This document shows, in pieces, positions 19,704 through 29,394 of a DNA stretch of 64,000 bases. Origin of the DNA: an uncultured Candidatus Saccharibacteria bacterium (lineage in GTDB: Bacteria; Patescibacteriota; CPR2; UBA1875; CAIMLA01); the NCBI GenBank assembly GCA_964594415.1, contig CAZQLQ010000001.1, positions 159,265-223,264 of the forward strand, given 5' to 3'. The position numbers and the translations under genes were made by a program. The notes beneath the pieces were generated by a model. The model did no database searches. It was not told the origin of the DNA and worked only from the letters and a program-made list of their open reading frames with translations. The first letter of the stretch is position 1. Every line of letters begins with the position of its first letter.

Positions 19704-21155
19704 ATGCAAACTAATTTCTCAGCAGCGATAGGGCAAATATGCGAAGAAAAAAATATCCCGAAAAATATAGTTATAGAGACTATTGAGGCTGCTCTCGCCG
19801 CGGCCTATAAAAAAGACTACGGTAGTAAGAATCAAGAAGTCAGAGTAGATATGAATGAAGAAACAGGCGAAATCATTGTTTATGTTTCAAAAGAAGTTGT
19901 TGAAACAGTCGAGGATTCCTTTACTCAGATAGGCGTAATGGAAGCGGATAGACTTAAAAAGGGGTCAAAAGTAGGCGATATTATCGAAATTAAGGACTTT
20001 CCGAATGATTTTGGAAGAATAGCTGCTCAAACGGCAAAACAGGTGATAATCCAAAGAATAAGAGAGGCAGAAAGAGATATTGTTTTTGGCGAATACAAAG
20101 ACAAGGAAGGCGAAGTAATCAATGGTATTATTCAGAGAATTGAGGGGAATAATGTTATTGTGGATATCGGAAAAGCTTCAGGGATTCTTTTTCCCAAGGA
20201 GCAGGTTCAGGGGGAGAGATATTATATTGGGCAGAGGCTGAAATTCTTTGTTGTAAGAGTAGAGCAAAACACAAAAGGGCCACAAATTATTATTTCAAGA
20301 TCGCACCCAGGTTTGGTTAAGAGGTTGTTTGAGCTTGAAGTTCCTGAAATTTTGTCAGGGGTTGTTGAGATAAAGTCGATTGCGCGAGAGGCTGGCCAAA
20401 GAACAAAAATTGCTGTTACCAGCAATCAAGAAGGAGTCGATCCGGTTGGTTCTTGTGTCGGGCAAAGAGGTGTTCGTGTTCAAGCTGTAATGAATGAAAT
20501 TGGGGCTGAAAAAATTGATATCATTCTTTGGGATGAAGACGCTCGAACATTCATTTCCAATGCTTTGTCTCCAGCAAAAGTATCAACAATTGCTATCAAC
20601 GAAGAAGAAAAGAAGGCTGAAGTAACAGTAACTGAAGATCAATTGTCTCTTGCAATCGGTAGATCTGGCCAGAATGTAAGGCTTGCAGCTAAATTAACTG
20701 GATACAACGTAGATATTAAGGGCGGAGATGAGTCAGGTGTTGAGGCAGCTTCAAAAATATTACGACCAGTTGAGGATAAAAGAGATTTAGAAGACGAATT
20801 ACTGAAAGCTGTTGAGCTGGTTGGAGAAGAGCCAGAAAAGAGTTCAGATCAACCAACAGACTTAGAAAAAAAAGAAGAGGTAAAAGAATTATTGGAAGAA
20901 GAAAAGGGTTCTCAAGAAGTTAAATCCGCTACAGCTGAAGCTAAGGTGATTGAAAAAGAGAAAGGTGATCAAAATCCTGTAAAGGTTGAATCAAAAGAAC
21001 TAGTCACTGAAGGTGAAATTGAAGCAAAAGAAAAAAACTTAGAGGAAGAAAGCACTAAGTCAGCGGACTTGCAGAAGGGTGTATTGGATGCAGATGACGG
21101 AATAGACGAAATAGCACAGATTCTAGAAGAGGAACAAAGAACTCAATCTTCCTAA
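19704..21155 (+). CDS. nusA: Transcription factor NusA with acidic tail
   Basis: FGRIAAQTAKQVIIQRIREAER, S1 and KH domains, AREAG.RTKIAV, SLAIG..GQNVRLAAKLTG. Confidence 0.97.
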   Translation: MQTNFSAAIGQICEEKNIPKNIVIETIEAALAAAYKKDYGSKNQEVRVDMNEETGEIIVYVSKEVVETVEDSFTQIGVMEADRLKKGSKVGDIIEIKDFPNDFGRIAAQTAKQVIIQRIREAERDIVFGEYKDKEGEVINGIIQRIEGNNVIVDIGKASGILFPKEQVQGERYYIGQRLKFFVVRVEQNTKGPQIIISRSHPGLVKRLFELEVPEILSGVVEIKSIAREAGQRTKIAVTSNQEGVDPVGSCVGQRGVRVQAVMNEIGAEKIDIILWDEDARTFISNALSPAKVSTIAINEEEKKAEVTVTEDQLSLAIGRSGQNVRLAAKLTGYNVDIKGGDESGVEAASKILRPVEDKRDLEDELLKAVELVGEEPEKSSDQPTDLEKKEEVKELLEEEKGSQEVKSATAEAKVIEKEKGDQNPVKVESKELVTEGEIEAKEKNLEEESTKSADLQKGVLDADDGIDEIAQILEEEQRTQSS

Positions 21156-21172
21156 AAAAGTTAGGAGGTAAT

Positions 21173-23665
21173 ATGAATAATCAATTTGATCGTTTTGCTG
21201 AGGATGCTAAGCAAAGCTTAATGTTTGCGCAAGAATATGCTTTTGCAAGTGGTGCGAAAGTTATAGACACCGCGTTTATGATCTTGGGATTTCTTAAAGT
21301 CCCTGAGTCTATTGCGTCGGAAATTCTTGCTGAAGCCGGAATAAATGACCAGAAAGTAAAAAGTCTGATCGTGCCTGGCCAAAATATAATAACACCGATG
21401 GAGGTGAAGACGGGTTTAAGCTATTCAGCACAAAGAACGCTTGAAATTGCTTTTACGATAGCACATAAAGAGGGGGATACTTTCGTTGGTACTGAGCACT
21501 TGTTGTTGGCGATTCTCAAGCAGGAAAACTCCGAGGGAGTGATTCTTCTAAAGAAATTAGATATTTCTGTTAGTCAACTAACCAGGAAGCTAGAAGACTA
21601 CTTCAAGGAAGGCGGACAGGATTATTCAGACGATTTTTCGGAATTTTCAAAATTTTCAGATATGCCAAAAGACCAAAACGGAAAAGGAGAGAAAGTCTCA
21701 ACTTTATCAAAATTTAGTACCGATCTTACCTCTTTGGCAAAAGAAGGGAAGTTGGATCCTGTAATTGGAAGGGAAAAAGAGATATCGCGTTTGATTTCGA
21801 TTTTAAACAGACGAACGAAGAACAATCCTGTATTAATAGGTGAGCCAGGGGTTGGAAAGACTGCAATTGTAGAGGGGCTAGCGCAGAGGATCGTTTCCGA
21901 AAATGTTCCCGATCTCCTTCTTGATAAAAAGGTTTTGGTTTTAGACCTGCCTGGAGTAATCGCCGGAACCAAATATAGAGGTGAGTTCGAAGAAAGACTG
22001 TTGAAAATAATTGAGGAGGCAAAGCAGGATAGGAGTGTAATCCTCTTTATTGACGAAATTCATAATCTTATTGGCGCAGGCGCAGCGGAAGGAGCGATAG
22101 ATGCCGCTAATATTTTAAAGCCCGCGCTTTCTAGAGGCGTAATTCAGGTAATCGGAGCAACAACTTTAAATGAGTATCGAAAATACATTGAAAAAGACGC
22201 TGCCCTTGAGCGTCGTCTTCAGCCAATTATTGTTCCAGAAGCTTCAGAAGAAGAAACCGTTCAGATCTTAAATGGACTTAAGTCAAAATATGAAGAATAT
22301 CATAAGGTAAGAATAACGGACGAGGCAATTAATGCTGCAGCAAGATTGGCCAAGCGTTATATAAGTGATAGGTTTTTGCCTGATAAAGCGATCGATCTTA
22401 TTGACGAAGCTGCAAGTTTGCAAAAAATTAAGAAAGGGAAAGCTTCAAAGAATATACGAACAATGATGCGAGAAATCAAGGAGATTATAAGCAAAAAGGA
22501 GGACGCAGTTTTATCAGAAGATTTTGCCTATGCGGCAGCGCTTAAGCAGAAAGAAGATATTTTAAACACTAAACTGAAAAATCTCAAAAAACGCGAAGGT
22601 CTTAATGGCGATGAATACCCGTTAATTGATGAAGAAAATATTGCTGAGGTTATCTCTATTTCAACTGGTGTTCCAATAACTAGACTTGTTCAAAAAGAAA
22701 CCGAGAGCTTACTTAATCTAGAAGATTCCTTAAAGAAAAAGGTAATAGGGCAAGATGAAGCTGTAAGCGTGGTTGCAAGCGCAATCAGAAGATCAAGAAC
22801 GGGAGTTTCGGACACGAAAAGACCGATAGGTTCATTTATGTTTTTGGGTCCTACGGGGGTTGGCAAGACCGAGCTTGCAAGGGTATTGGCCCAAGAAATC
22901 TTTGGTGATATTGAAGCTCTTGTAAAGGTGGATATGTCTGAATTTATGGAGAAACATAATGTTTCTAGGCTTATTGGGGCTCCGGCTGGGTATGTTGGAT
23001 ATGAAGAAAGTGGACAGCTTACGGAAACAATCAGGAGGCGTCCGTATTCTGTAATATTATTTGACGAAATTGAAAAAGCTCATCCCGATGTATTTAATAT
23101 TCTTCTTCAGATTCTTGAAGACGGCTATCTTACTGATGCAAAAGGGATCAAAGTAGACTTTAGAAACACCATAATAATCATGACTTCGAATATCGGTGCG
23201 CATTGGCTTAATAGGGAGGCAAAATTAGGGTTTTCTGCAGTCACAAAAGATGAAGAAAAAGAATTAGAGAACGAGCATGCAAAGCATTCTGATCTGATTA
23301 TGGAAGACCTGAAGAAGAGATTCCGTCCGGAATTCTTGAATAGGGTTGATAAGGTGATTGTATTTAGAGCACTTTCAAAGTTAGCCATGAAGAAGATAGT
23401 AACTCTTCAAATCAATGAATTGGCAAAGAGGCTTTCCGACAAGCACATTAGTATTAAGATCACTGAAGCAGCTAAGGGTTTGTTGATTGAAAAGGGTTAT
23501 GATGCTGATAATGGCGCCAGGCCGCTTCGCAGGGTGATACAGACTATTATAGAAAACCCTCTTGCTAATGGGATACTGACTGGTGAGTTTAAAGAAGGCG
23601 ATACAATATCCGTTTTAAAGGAAGGAGACGCTTTAAAGCTTTACGTATTGGAAGCTGCGAAGTAG
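21173..23665 (+). CDS. clpC: ATP-dependent Clp protease ATP-binding subunit ClpC
   Basis: Clp_N repeats, GEPGVGKT, GPTGVGKT, DMSEFMEKH.VSRLIG.P.GYVG, GARPLRR. Confidence 0.95.
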   Translation: MNNQFDRFAEDAKQSLMFAQEYAFASGAKVIDTAFMILGFLKVPESIASEILAEAGINDQKVKSLIVPGQNIITPMEVKTGLSYSAQRTLEIAFTIAHKEGDTFVGTEHLLLAILKQENSEGVILLKKLDISVSQLTRKLEDYFKEGGQDYSDDFSEFSKFSDMPKDQNGKGEKVSTLSKFSTDLTSLAKEGKLDPVIGREKEISRLISILNRRTKNNPVLIGEPGVGKTAIVEGLAQRIVSENVPDLLLDKKVLVLDLPGVIAGTKYRGEFEERLLKIIEEAKQDRSVILFIDEIHNLIGAGAAEGAIDAANILKPALSRGVIQVIGATTLNEYRKYIEKDAALERRLQPIIVPEASEEETVQILNGLKSKYEEYHKVRITDEAINAAARLAKRYISDRFLPDKAIDLIDEAASLQKIKKGKASKNIRTMMREIKEIISKKEDAVLSEDFAYAAALKQKEDILNTKLKNLKKREGLNGDEYPLIDEENIAEVISISTGVPITRLVQKETESLLNLEDSLKKKVIGQDEAVSVVASAIRRSRTGVSDTKRPIGSFMFLGPTGVGKTELARVLAQEIFGDIEALVKVDMSEFMEKHNVSRLIGAPAGYVGYEESGQLTETIRRRPYSVILFDEIEKAHPDVFNILLQILEDGYLTDAKGIKVDFRNTIIIMTSNIGAHWLNREAKLGFSAVTKDEEKELENEHAKHSDLIMEDLKKRFRPEFLNRVDKVIVFRALSKLAMKKIVTLQINELAKRLSDKHISIKITEAAKGLLIEKGYDADNGARPLRRVIQTIIENPLANGILTGEFKEGDTISVLKEGDALKLYVLEAAK

Positions 23666-23700
23666 AATATTCTTAAAACTGTAACTTGAAAGGGGGATTT

Positions 23701-24639
23701 ATGAAAGATAATTACGTAGTAATGATCGGTATATTAATGACTTTAGTCATTGCCTACGTAATCCTAAAGAAGTATGCAAGGCTAAATAACAGGCAGACAT
23801 ATCTAGGTATTTTTTTCGGGGGCATTATTGGTCTTATTATTGGGGCATTGTTAAGTGGACCCCTATCATACCTGCCTGGTATCTTTGGCGAATGGTTGCC
23901 ACTGATGGTATCTATTCTTTCTGCATTATTAATGATGGGATTATTTTGGCAACAAGCGGAAACCTTGGAAAAGATCTCTGATTATTTTCTAGGACTTTTG
24001 CCTATCAATAGGACGGAAACGAAAAACCATACTGCTAACTGTGAAGAAGTGGTCTTGGATACGTCGGTTCTTATTGATGGAAGAATCGCAGATGTTATAG
24101 CTACGGGTTTTTTGTATCAAAAAATTTTAATTCCGCAGTTTGTTCTTGCAGAATTGCAAAATATTGCAGATTCAAAGGACTCGGATCGTAGGGAAAAAGG
24201 TCGTCGCGGTTTTGACACGATAGAGAAAATGAAGAAGAAAAAGAAAAATGAGGTTGAAATCATCTCGGAAGATTTTCCAGAAATTCAAGAGGTTGATGCT
24301 AAGCTTTTGGCTTTGGCAAAAGAAAAGAAAATTGCTCTTGTAACCACTGATTACAATTTAAATAAGATAGCTCAAGCTAGTGGGGTCAGCGTACTTAATA
24401 TTAACGAGCTTGCGCAGAGTTTGCGTCCAGTTCTTCTCCCAGGCGAAGAGTTGGAAATTAGAATAGTTCACCCAGGAAAGGGGAGAAGGCAAGGAGTGGG
24501 ATATCTTACTGACGGAACTATGATTGTAGTGGAAGACGGAGAATCATTGATAGAAAAGGACGTTAAAGTAAAAATAGTAAAAGCCTTGCAGACAGCCGCA
24601 GGCAAAATGTTTTTTGCGAGGAAAATAGATGAAGATTAA
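23701..24639 (+). CDS. PIN/TRAM domain membrane protein (YacL-like)
   Basis: LDTSVLIDGRI, ELQ.IADS.D..RR.KGRRG, TTDYNLNK, QGVGYL.DGTMIVVE. Confidence 0.92.
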   Translation: MKDNYVVMIGILMTLVIAYVILKKYARLNNRQTYLGIFFGGIIGLIIGALLSGPLSYLPGIFGEWLPLMVSILSALLMMGLFWQQAETLEKISDYFLGLLPINRTETKNHTANCEEVVLDTSVLIDGRIADVIATGFLYQKILIPQFVLAELQNIADSKDSDRREKGRRGFDTIEKMKKKKKNEVEIISEDFPEIQEVDAKLLALAKEKKIALVTTDYNLNKIAQASGVSVLNINELAQSLRPVLLPGEELEIRIVHPGKGRRQGVGYLTDGTMIVVEDGESLIEKDVKVKIVKALQTAAGKMFFARKIDED

Positions 24640-25543
24640 TCTTAAAAAAGATGTAATTTTGGCGCCGTATACTACTTATGGCATCGGAGGTAAGGCTGAT
24701 TATTTTTGCGTAGTTAAGGACAGGCAATCTTTTTTAGACTCCCTGGATTGGGCATATAAAGAAGGGCTCACTTTTTTTGTTATCGGAGGCGGTAGCAATG
24801 TATTGATTGCTGATAGCGGAGTTCGTGGGCTAGTGATTATTAATAGAGCAAATAACTATAAAATTACAAATGACGAAGTAGTCGCAGAAAGTGGAGCAAG
24901 CTTATCAAAAATAGCCAAAGAAACAATCAGTCTTGGGCTTACGGGATTAGATTTTGCGGCTAACATTCCCGGGACTATAGGTGGCGCGGTTGTGGGAAAC
25001 GCAGGTGCTTACGGTAGAAGTGTTTCAAACTCTTTGATAAGCGGGGAAGTCTGGCAAGCTGGTGAAGTAAAAAATCTAAATAATCAAGATTTTGATTTTA
25101 GCTATCGCTATTCAAATGTAAAAAACAATCCTGAGAAGGTACTTATAAGCGCCAGATTCTCTCTTTGTCCCGGGGATAAGAATGAGATGGAAAAGGCTCT
25201 TAATGAGGATAAACAAAAAAGGGCAGTGTATTCTGGCAAAAACTGCGGGAGTTATTTTTGTAATGTAAATACTTCAAGTTTAAGCGAAAACCAGCTAAAT
25301 AAACTGAGTAATTATATTGTTCATGATAAGGTAGTGCTTGGAAAACTTTTTGATGACCTTGGTTATAAAGGGAAAGAAGTTGGTGATGCTAGGATAAGTG
25401 AGAAACACGCTAATGTAATCTTGAATACTGGGAACGCAACCGCAAAAGATATTATAGAGCTAGAAAAAGAAATTATGAGGTCAGTTTTTGAAGAATACGG
25501 TATGGTACTTATTCCTGAGGTAACAAAAATTGGAGAATTTTAA
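24629..25543 (+). CDS. murB: UDP-N-acetylmuramate dehydrogenase
   Basis: IGG.A, GGGSNVL, IPGT.GGA..GNAGAYG, F.YR.S, GS.F.N, S.KHAN..N.G.ATA.D. Confidence 0.95.
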   Translation: MKINLKKDVILAPYTTYGIGGKADYFCVVKDRQSFLDSLDWAYKEGLTFFVIGGGSNVLIADSGVRGLVIINRANNYKITNDEVVAESGASLSKIAKETISLGLTGLDFAANIPGTIGGAVVGNAGAYGRSVSNSLISGEVWQAGEVKNLNNQDFDFSYRYSNVKNNPEKVLISARFSLCPGDKNEMEKALNEDKQKRAVYSGKNCGSYFCNVNTSSLSENQLNKLSNYIVHDKVVLGKLFDDLGYKGKEVGDARISEKHANVILNTGNATAKDIIELEKEIMRSVFEEYGMVLIPEVTKIGEF

Positions 25544-26138
25544 TCTAGAGAAAAGGTTATCAGGAGAATTTTTCAATAGGGATACTCATGCAGTTGCGAA
25601 AAATCTTCTCGGTAAGCTAATTGTTCGAAAGTTTGATAATGGTGACTTTAAAATAGGAAGAATCGTTGAGGTAGAAGCATATCAAGGGTTCGAAGATAAA
25701 GCTTCCCATGCATCAAGAAAAAGAACCGTTAGAAACGAAGTAATGTTTGGCAAAGCCGGTTGCTATTACATTTATTTTATCTACGGCATGTACTATTGCT
25801 TGAATATTGTAACAGAGGGACAGGGGTTTCCTGCGGCAGTTCTGATTAGGTCAGTTGAGCCTGTTTTTGATTCAGAAATCAATATTTCAAAGCTCTTGAT
25901 CTCCGAAAGAAGGAAACTTAGTGCTGGTCCCTGCAAACTTTGTCGTTGGCTTCAAATAGATAAGGAACTCAGCGGCAAGTCTGTTAACGATAACACATTA
26001 TTCTTTATCGAAGATAGTTTGGCACCAAAAATAAAGATAAATAAAACGAAAAGAGTTGGCGTAGATTATGCTGGTGAGTCGGCTCAGTGGGATTGGCGGT
26101 ACTATATCAAAGGCAGTAAATTTTTAAGTGTCAAATAG
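25530..26138 (+). CDS. 3-methyladenine DNA glycosylase (AAG/MPG family)
   Basis: VA..LLGK, IVEVEAY, D.ASHA, YIYFIYGMYYCLNIV, AVLIR, GP.KLC, RVGV. Confidence 0.93.
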   Translation: MENFNLEKRLSGEFFNRDTHAVAKNLLGKLIVRKFDNGDFKIGRIVEVEAYQGFEDKASHASRKRTVRNEVMFGKAGCYYIYFIYGMYYCLNIVTEGQGFPAAVLIRSVEPVFDSEINISKLLISERRKLSAGPCKLCRWLQIDKELSGKSVNDNTLFFIEDSLAPKIKINKTKRVGVDYAGESAQWDWRYYIKGSKFLSVK

Positions 26139-26150
26139 CTCTAAATACAA

Positions 26151-26446
26151 GGAGCCGCTTGTTTGGTGTGTTCGCGAAAACGCACGGCACTCGCGGCTCC
26201 AACTCTAGACAACAATAAGCGCCTAAATTTTGGGCAATTTATTGTTTTTAGTGTCTAGGTTTCTCCTTTGCTAATTACTTCAAAGTATAGATGGGGTCCG
26301 TAGCTCTCAAACGACAATGGAGTTTCTTTTTGTTCGCTCTAAGGTCGTAAAAGTTGAGCCCGTGGCTCCAGCCAAGGCATCAATACTAATCTGTTGTAGC
26401 CGGGAGAAAATTGTTAGTTTTATCGTAAAATTAACAATTTTCTCCA
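26151..26446. ncRNA. Candidate structured RNA of unknown family
   Basis: Four consecutive inverted repeats in the intergenic gap between convergent genes. Confidence 0.35.
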
Positions 26447-26496
26447 GACTAAAGCGAAATAATTATAGCAAATTAAAAATTTTCTTACAATTAAGT

Positions 26497-29265
26497 CTAA
26501 GTCGAACTTTCTTCTACTGTAATTCCAATCTTTTCATTGGCAATTTGATATTTACTATCCTTTACGGTAGCGGTAATCTCATGAGCCCCAGATGATATTT
26601 CGGAAAAGCTTGCAATATAGCGATTACCATTTTTGTGTTCGGCCTCGATCGTTTTACCGCCTACGGTAACTTTCACACTCATAATCCCTGCAGGAGCCTC
26701 TACGATCACTTCCACATCGAATTCACTTCCCAATACGTCTCCGTCATTAGGGCTGATAATGTTGATTTCCGGTAAATCATCGCCAGTGTGAAGGTCGCAT
26801 ATTTCTGTTGGTAATCCTGAAGAATCGGTGGTATAGCCCTGGCTTTGCGCCCATGCCAGGATAGGGCCATACCATCTTGAATACGCAGAGTCGCTAGAAG
26901 ATATCTCTGCCGTTATTGGATTGTACACTTTTGTTTCTATCAGCTCTTCTGGGCATTTATCTGTGGCAAGCTTTCCGGATAACTTATCAATTTTTATTTC
27001 TTGCGATACACCTGCTCCTTCAGGTATCTTGTACCATGAAGGAAATATATCAGTAATTGTTTTGCTTGTAGGGCCTGGCTTATGGCCAGTAATCGAATCC
27101 AAAACTACTGTTTTAACTCCGCTTGGTTTTGTAAACTGCTCGACCGCGGTTCCAGCAAGAGCTTTCGTCATGAAATCATGCCATATGGGAGCAGCAGCGA
27201 TTGATCCGCCAGCTTTCGTCATGGGCGAATTGTCGTTATTTCCTGCCCAAACACCAGCAACGAGGCTTGGTGTATAGCCCATAGTCCAAGCGTCTTTGTA
27301 ATCATTGGTTGTGCCTGTTTTTGCGGCTGCTGGACGGCCACTGATTGTAAGCGGTCCTCCTGCACCAAAGGTTCTGGCTCTTGCAGAGTCGTCAGAGAGA
27401 ACATTGCTCATTAAATAAGCAACTTGAGTATCAAGAATTTTTGAACCCTCGGTGTCCTTGTATTCGTCAATAGTTTTGCCCTCAGAATCCTCAATTTTTA
27501 GCATCCAGGTCGTGTCTTTTTTGATACCATTGTTGGCAAATACGCCGTATGCAGTTGTCATATCGAGTAGCTTCACCTCACCAGCTCCAAGAACAAGCGA
27601 TAGTCCATATTGGCTGGTATCATTTAATGTGGTTATTCCCATACTGTGTGCTAAATCTAGCACGGTCTGCATACCAGCTATATACAAGGTTTTTACGGCA
27701 GGTATATTTAAGGAGTTTTGAAGAGCTGTTCGCATAGAAACGGGGCCCCAAAACCCGCCACTGTAGTTATTTGGTATATAGCCTCCACCAAAATCTGTCT
27801 TTAGGTCATATACAACGCTTCCCGGACCCCAGTTTGGTGTCGCCCATGCAGCGGCATATGCAAACGGCTTAAAGGACGACCCTGGTTGTCTTTCCTGCAA
27901 GGCAACATTTACGTTTCCATCTATTTCCTCATCAAAGAAGTCCCTGCTGCCAACCATTGCCAGGATTTGTCCAGTTTTCGGATCTATAGCCACTAGGGAA
28001 GCATTCGAAGCGTTATACTTGGCATAATTCTTATCAACATTTGTTGCAACAGCTTCTTCGGCCATCTGTTGTTTAGACAAATCCAATGTCGTATAAACCT
28101 TCAGTCCGCCTTCATTTACTACTTGTTCCCCATATTTTTCAACAAGCTGTTCTTTTACATAAAGAACAAAATGAGGAGCTGTAATCGTCCCATATTCATT
28201 TTTTGCAAAAACTATTTCAATTTCTTTGGCCTTTTCAGCTTCTTCTTTTGTGATAAATCCCTGTTCAGACATCTGATCGAGAATAATGTCTTTTCTAGCT
28301 AGTAGATCTTCTTTATGATTCCCATAGGGTGAATAATAGGTCGGAGCTTGCGGAAGTGCTGACAACAAAGCACATTCTTCAAGGGTTAAATCTTTTAATT
28401 CCTTACCAAAAAAGGTTTTTGCGGCAACCTTTGCTCCATAAGCATTTGACCCGTAGGGAATTTCGTTTAGATACATCTTTAGGATATCGTCTTTTTTAAA
28501 CATTTGTTCGATTTCAATCGATATAATAAGTTCCTTGATTTTACGGGTATAGGTCTTTTCATTTGTAAGCAGTGCATTTTTGACAAACTGTTGAGTAATG
28601 GTGGATCCTCCTTGTGCTTTGCTGCCTTGCAATACATTTAATATTGCCGAACCTATTATACGTTTTGCGCTAAACCCACTATGTTTATAGAAATTTCTAT
28701 CTTCAATTGCAACGGTAGCATTTTTTAAGTTCTGAGGTATTTCGTCCCATCCCGCGAGAATTCTATTTTCGTCGCCATGAATCTCATATAGTAGTTTCCC
28801 GTTACGATCAAATATTTGAGTTGATTGAGCCGAAACTCTCGCATTTATCTTATCGGGAGTTGGTAGGTCTTTTGCATACCAAAGGAAAAAACCAAAAATT
28901 ACCCCCAAAAAGATTACAAAGGCCAGAAAGAGTCTTTTCCAACCTTGTTTCGTAGTAAATAAATCACGAAGAAAACCACCTAAGTTTATCAATATGGACT
29001 TTGGGTTTTTTATATCTAATTTTGTTTTGTTGTTTGTTGAGGGTCTTGGTGATGTATACCTTTTTCTTGATCTTAAGACTGTTCTTCTCTTGAGAAACCT
29101 TGTTTTTCCGATTTTAAAGGCCATATTTTCTCCAATTTTTTTAAGCATTATTTTTAAACTGCTCATCTTTTTTATTTTTTCAAAGACTAGTCTTGAGAGC
29201 GGCTTTACATATTTTTCGAAAAGTTTATTTTTGTTTAAAACGTATTTTTTTATTCTCAAGGCCAT
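26497..29265 (-). CDS. Class A penicillin-binding protein (PBP1A family) with C-terminal Ig-like domain; alternative start at 29124
   Basis: EDRNFY.H, GGSTITQQ, RK.KE, KDDIL..YLN; SSFK, SLN, KTGT motifs. Confidence 0.95.
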   Translation of the reverse strand: MALRIKKYVLNKNKLFEKYVKPLSRLVFEKIKKMSSLKIMLKKIGENMAFKIGKTRFLKRRTVLRSRKRYTSPRPSTNNKTKLDIKNPKSILINLGGFLRDLFTTKQGWKRLFLAFVIFLGVIFGFFLWYAKDLPTPDKINARVSAQSTQIFDRNGKLLYEIHGDENRILAGWDEIPQNLKNATVAIEDRNFYKHSGFSAKRIIGSAILNVLQGSKAQGGSTITQQFVKNALLTNEKTYTRKIKELIISIEIEQMFKKDDILKMYLNEIPYGSNAYGAKVAAKTFFGKELKDLTLEECALLSALPQAPTYYSPYGNHKEDLLARKDIILDQMSEQGFITKEEAEKAKEIEIVFAKNEYGTITAPHFVLYVKEQLVEKYGEQVVNEGGLKVYTTLDLSKQQMAEEAVATNVDKNYAKYNASNASLVAIDPKTGQILAMVGSRDFFDEEIDGNVNVALQERQPGSSFKPFAYAAAWATPNWGPGSVVYDLKTDFGGGYIPNNYSGGFWGPVSMRTALQNSLNIPAVKTLYIAGMQTVLDLAHSMGITTLNDTSQYGLSLVLGAGEVKLLDMTTAYGVFANNGIKKDTTWMLKIEDSEGKTIDEYKDTEGSKILDTQVAYLMSNVLSDDSARARTFGAGGPLTISGRPAAAKTGTTNDYKDAWTMGYTPSLVAGVWAGNNDNSPMTKAGGSIAAAPIWHDFMTKALAGTAVEQFTKPSGVKTVVLDSITGHKPGPTSKTITDIFPSWYKIPEGAGVSQEIKIDKLSGKLATDKCPEELIETKVYNPITAEISSSDSAYSRWYGPILAWAQSQGYTTDSSGLPTEICDLHTGDDLPEINIISPNDGDVLGSEFDVEVIVEAPAGIMSVKVTVGGKTIEAEHKNGNRYIASFSEISSGAHEITATVKDSKYQIANEKIGITVEESST

Positions 29266-29394
29266 ATTTTCTCCAATTACCTTTGAAATTATTGTCAAAA
29301 AAGTGTATATTATAAAGTTAATGAATAGGTCAAATATTCTTTGATATCAAGGCAAATTATATTAATTTTTATTTAAACTGTCAAGGAGAGTCAA

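Noticed and set aside
26151-26595. tmRNA, RNase P or SRP RNA, or the 92-aa ORF at 26317
   Set aside because: No tmRNA tRNA-like ends or tag, no GAGGAAAGTCC, no SRP GGAA loop motif; the ORF overlaps the PBP end and hairpins
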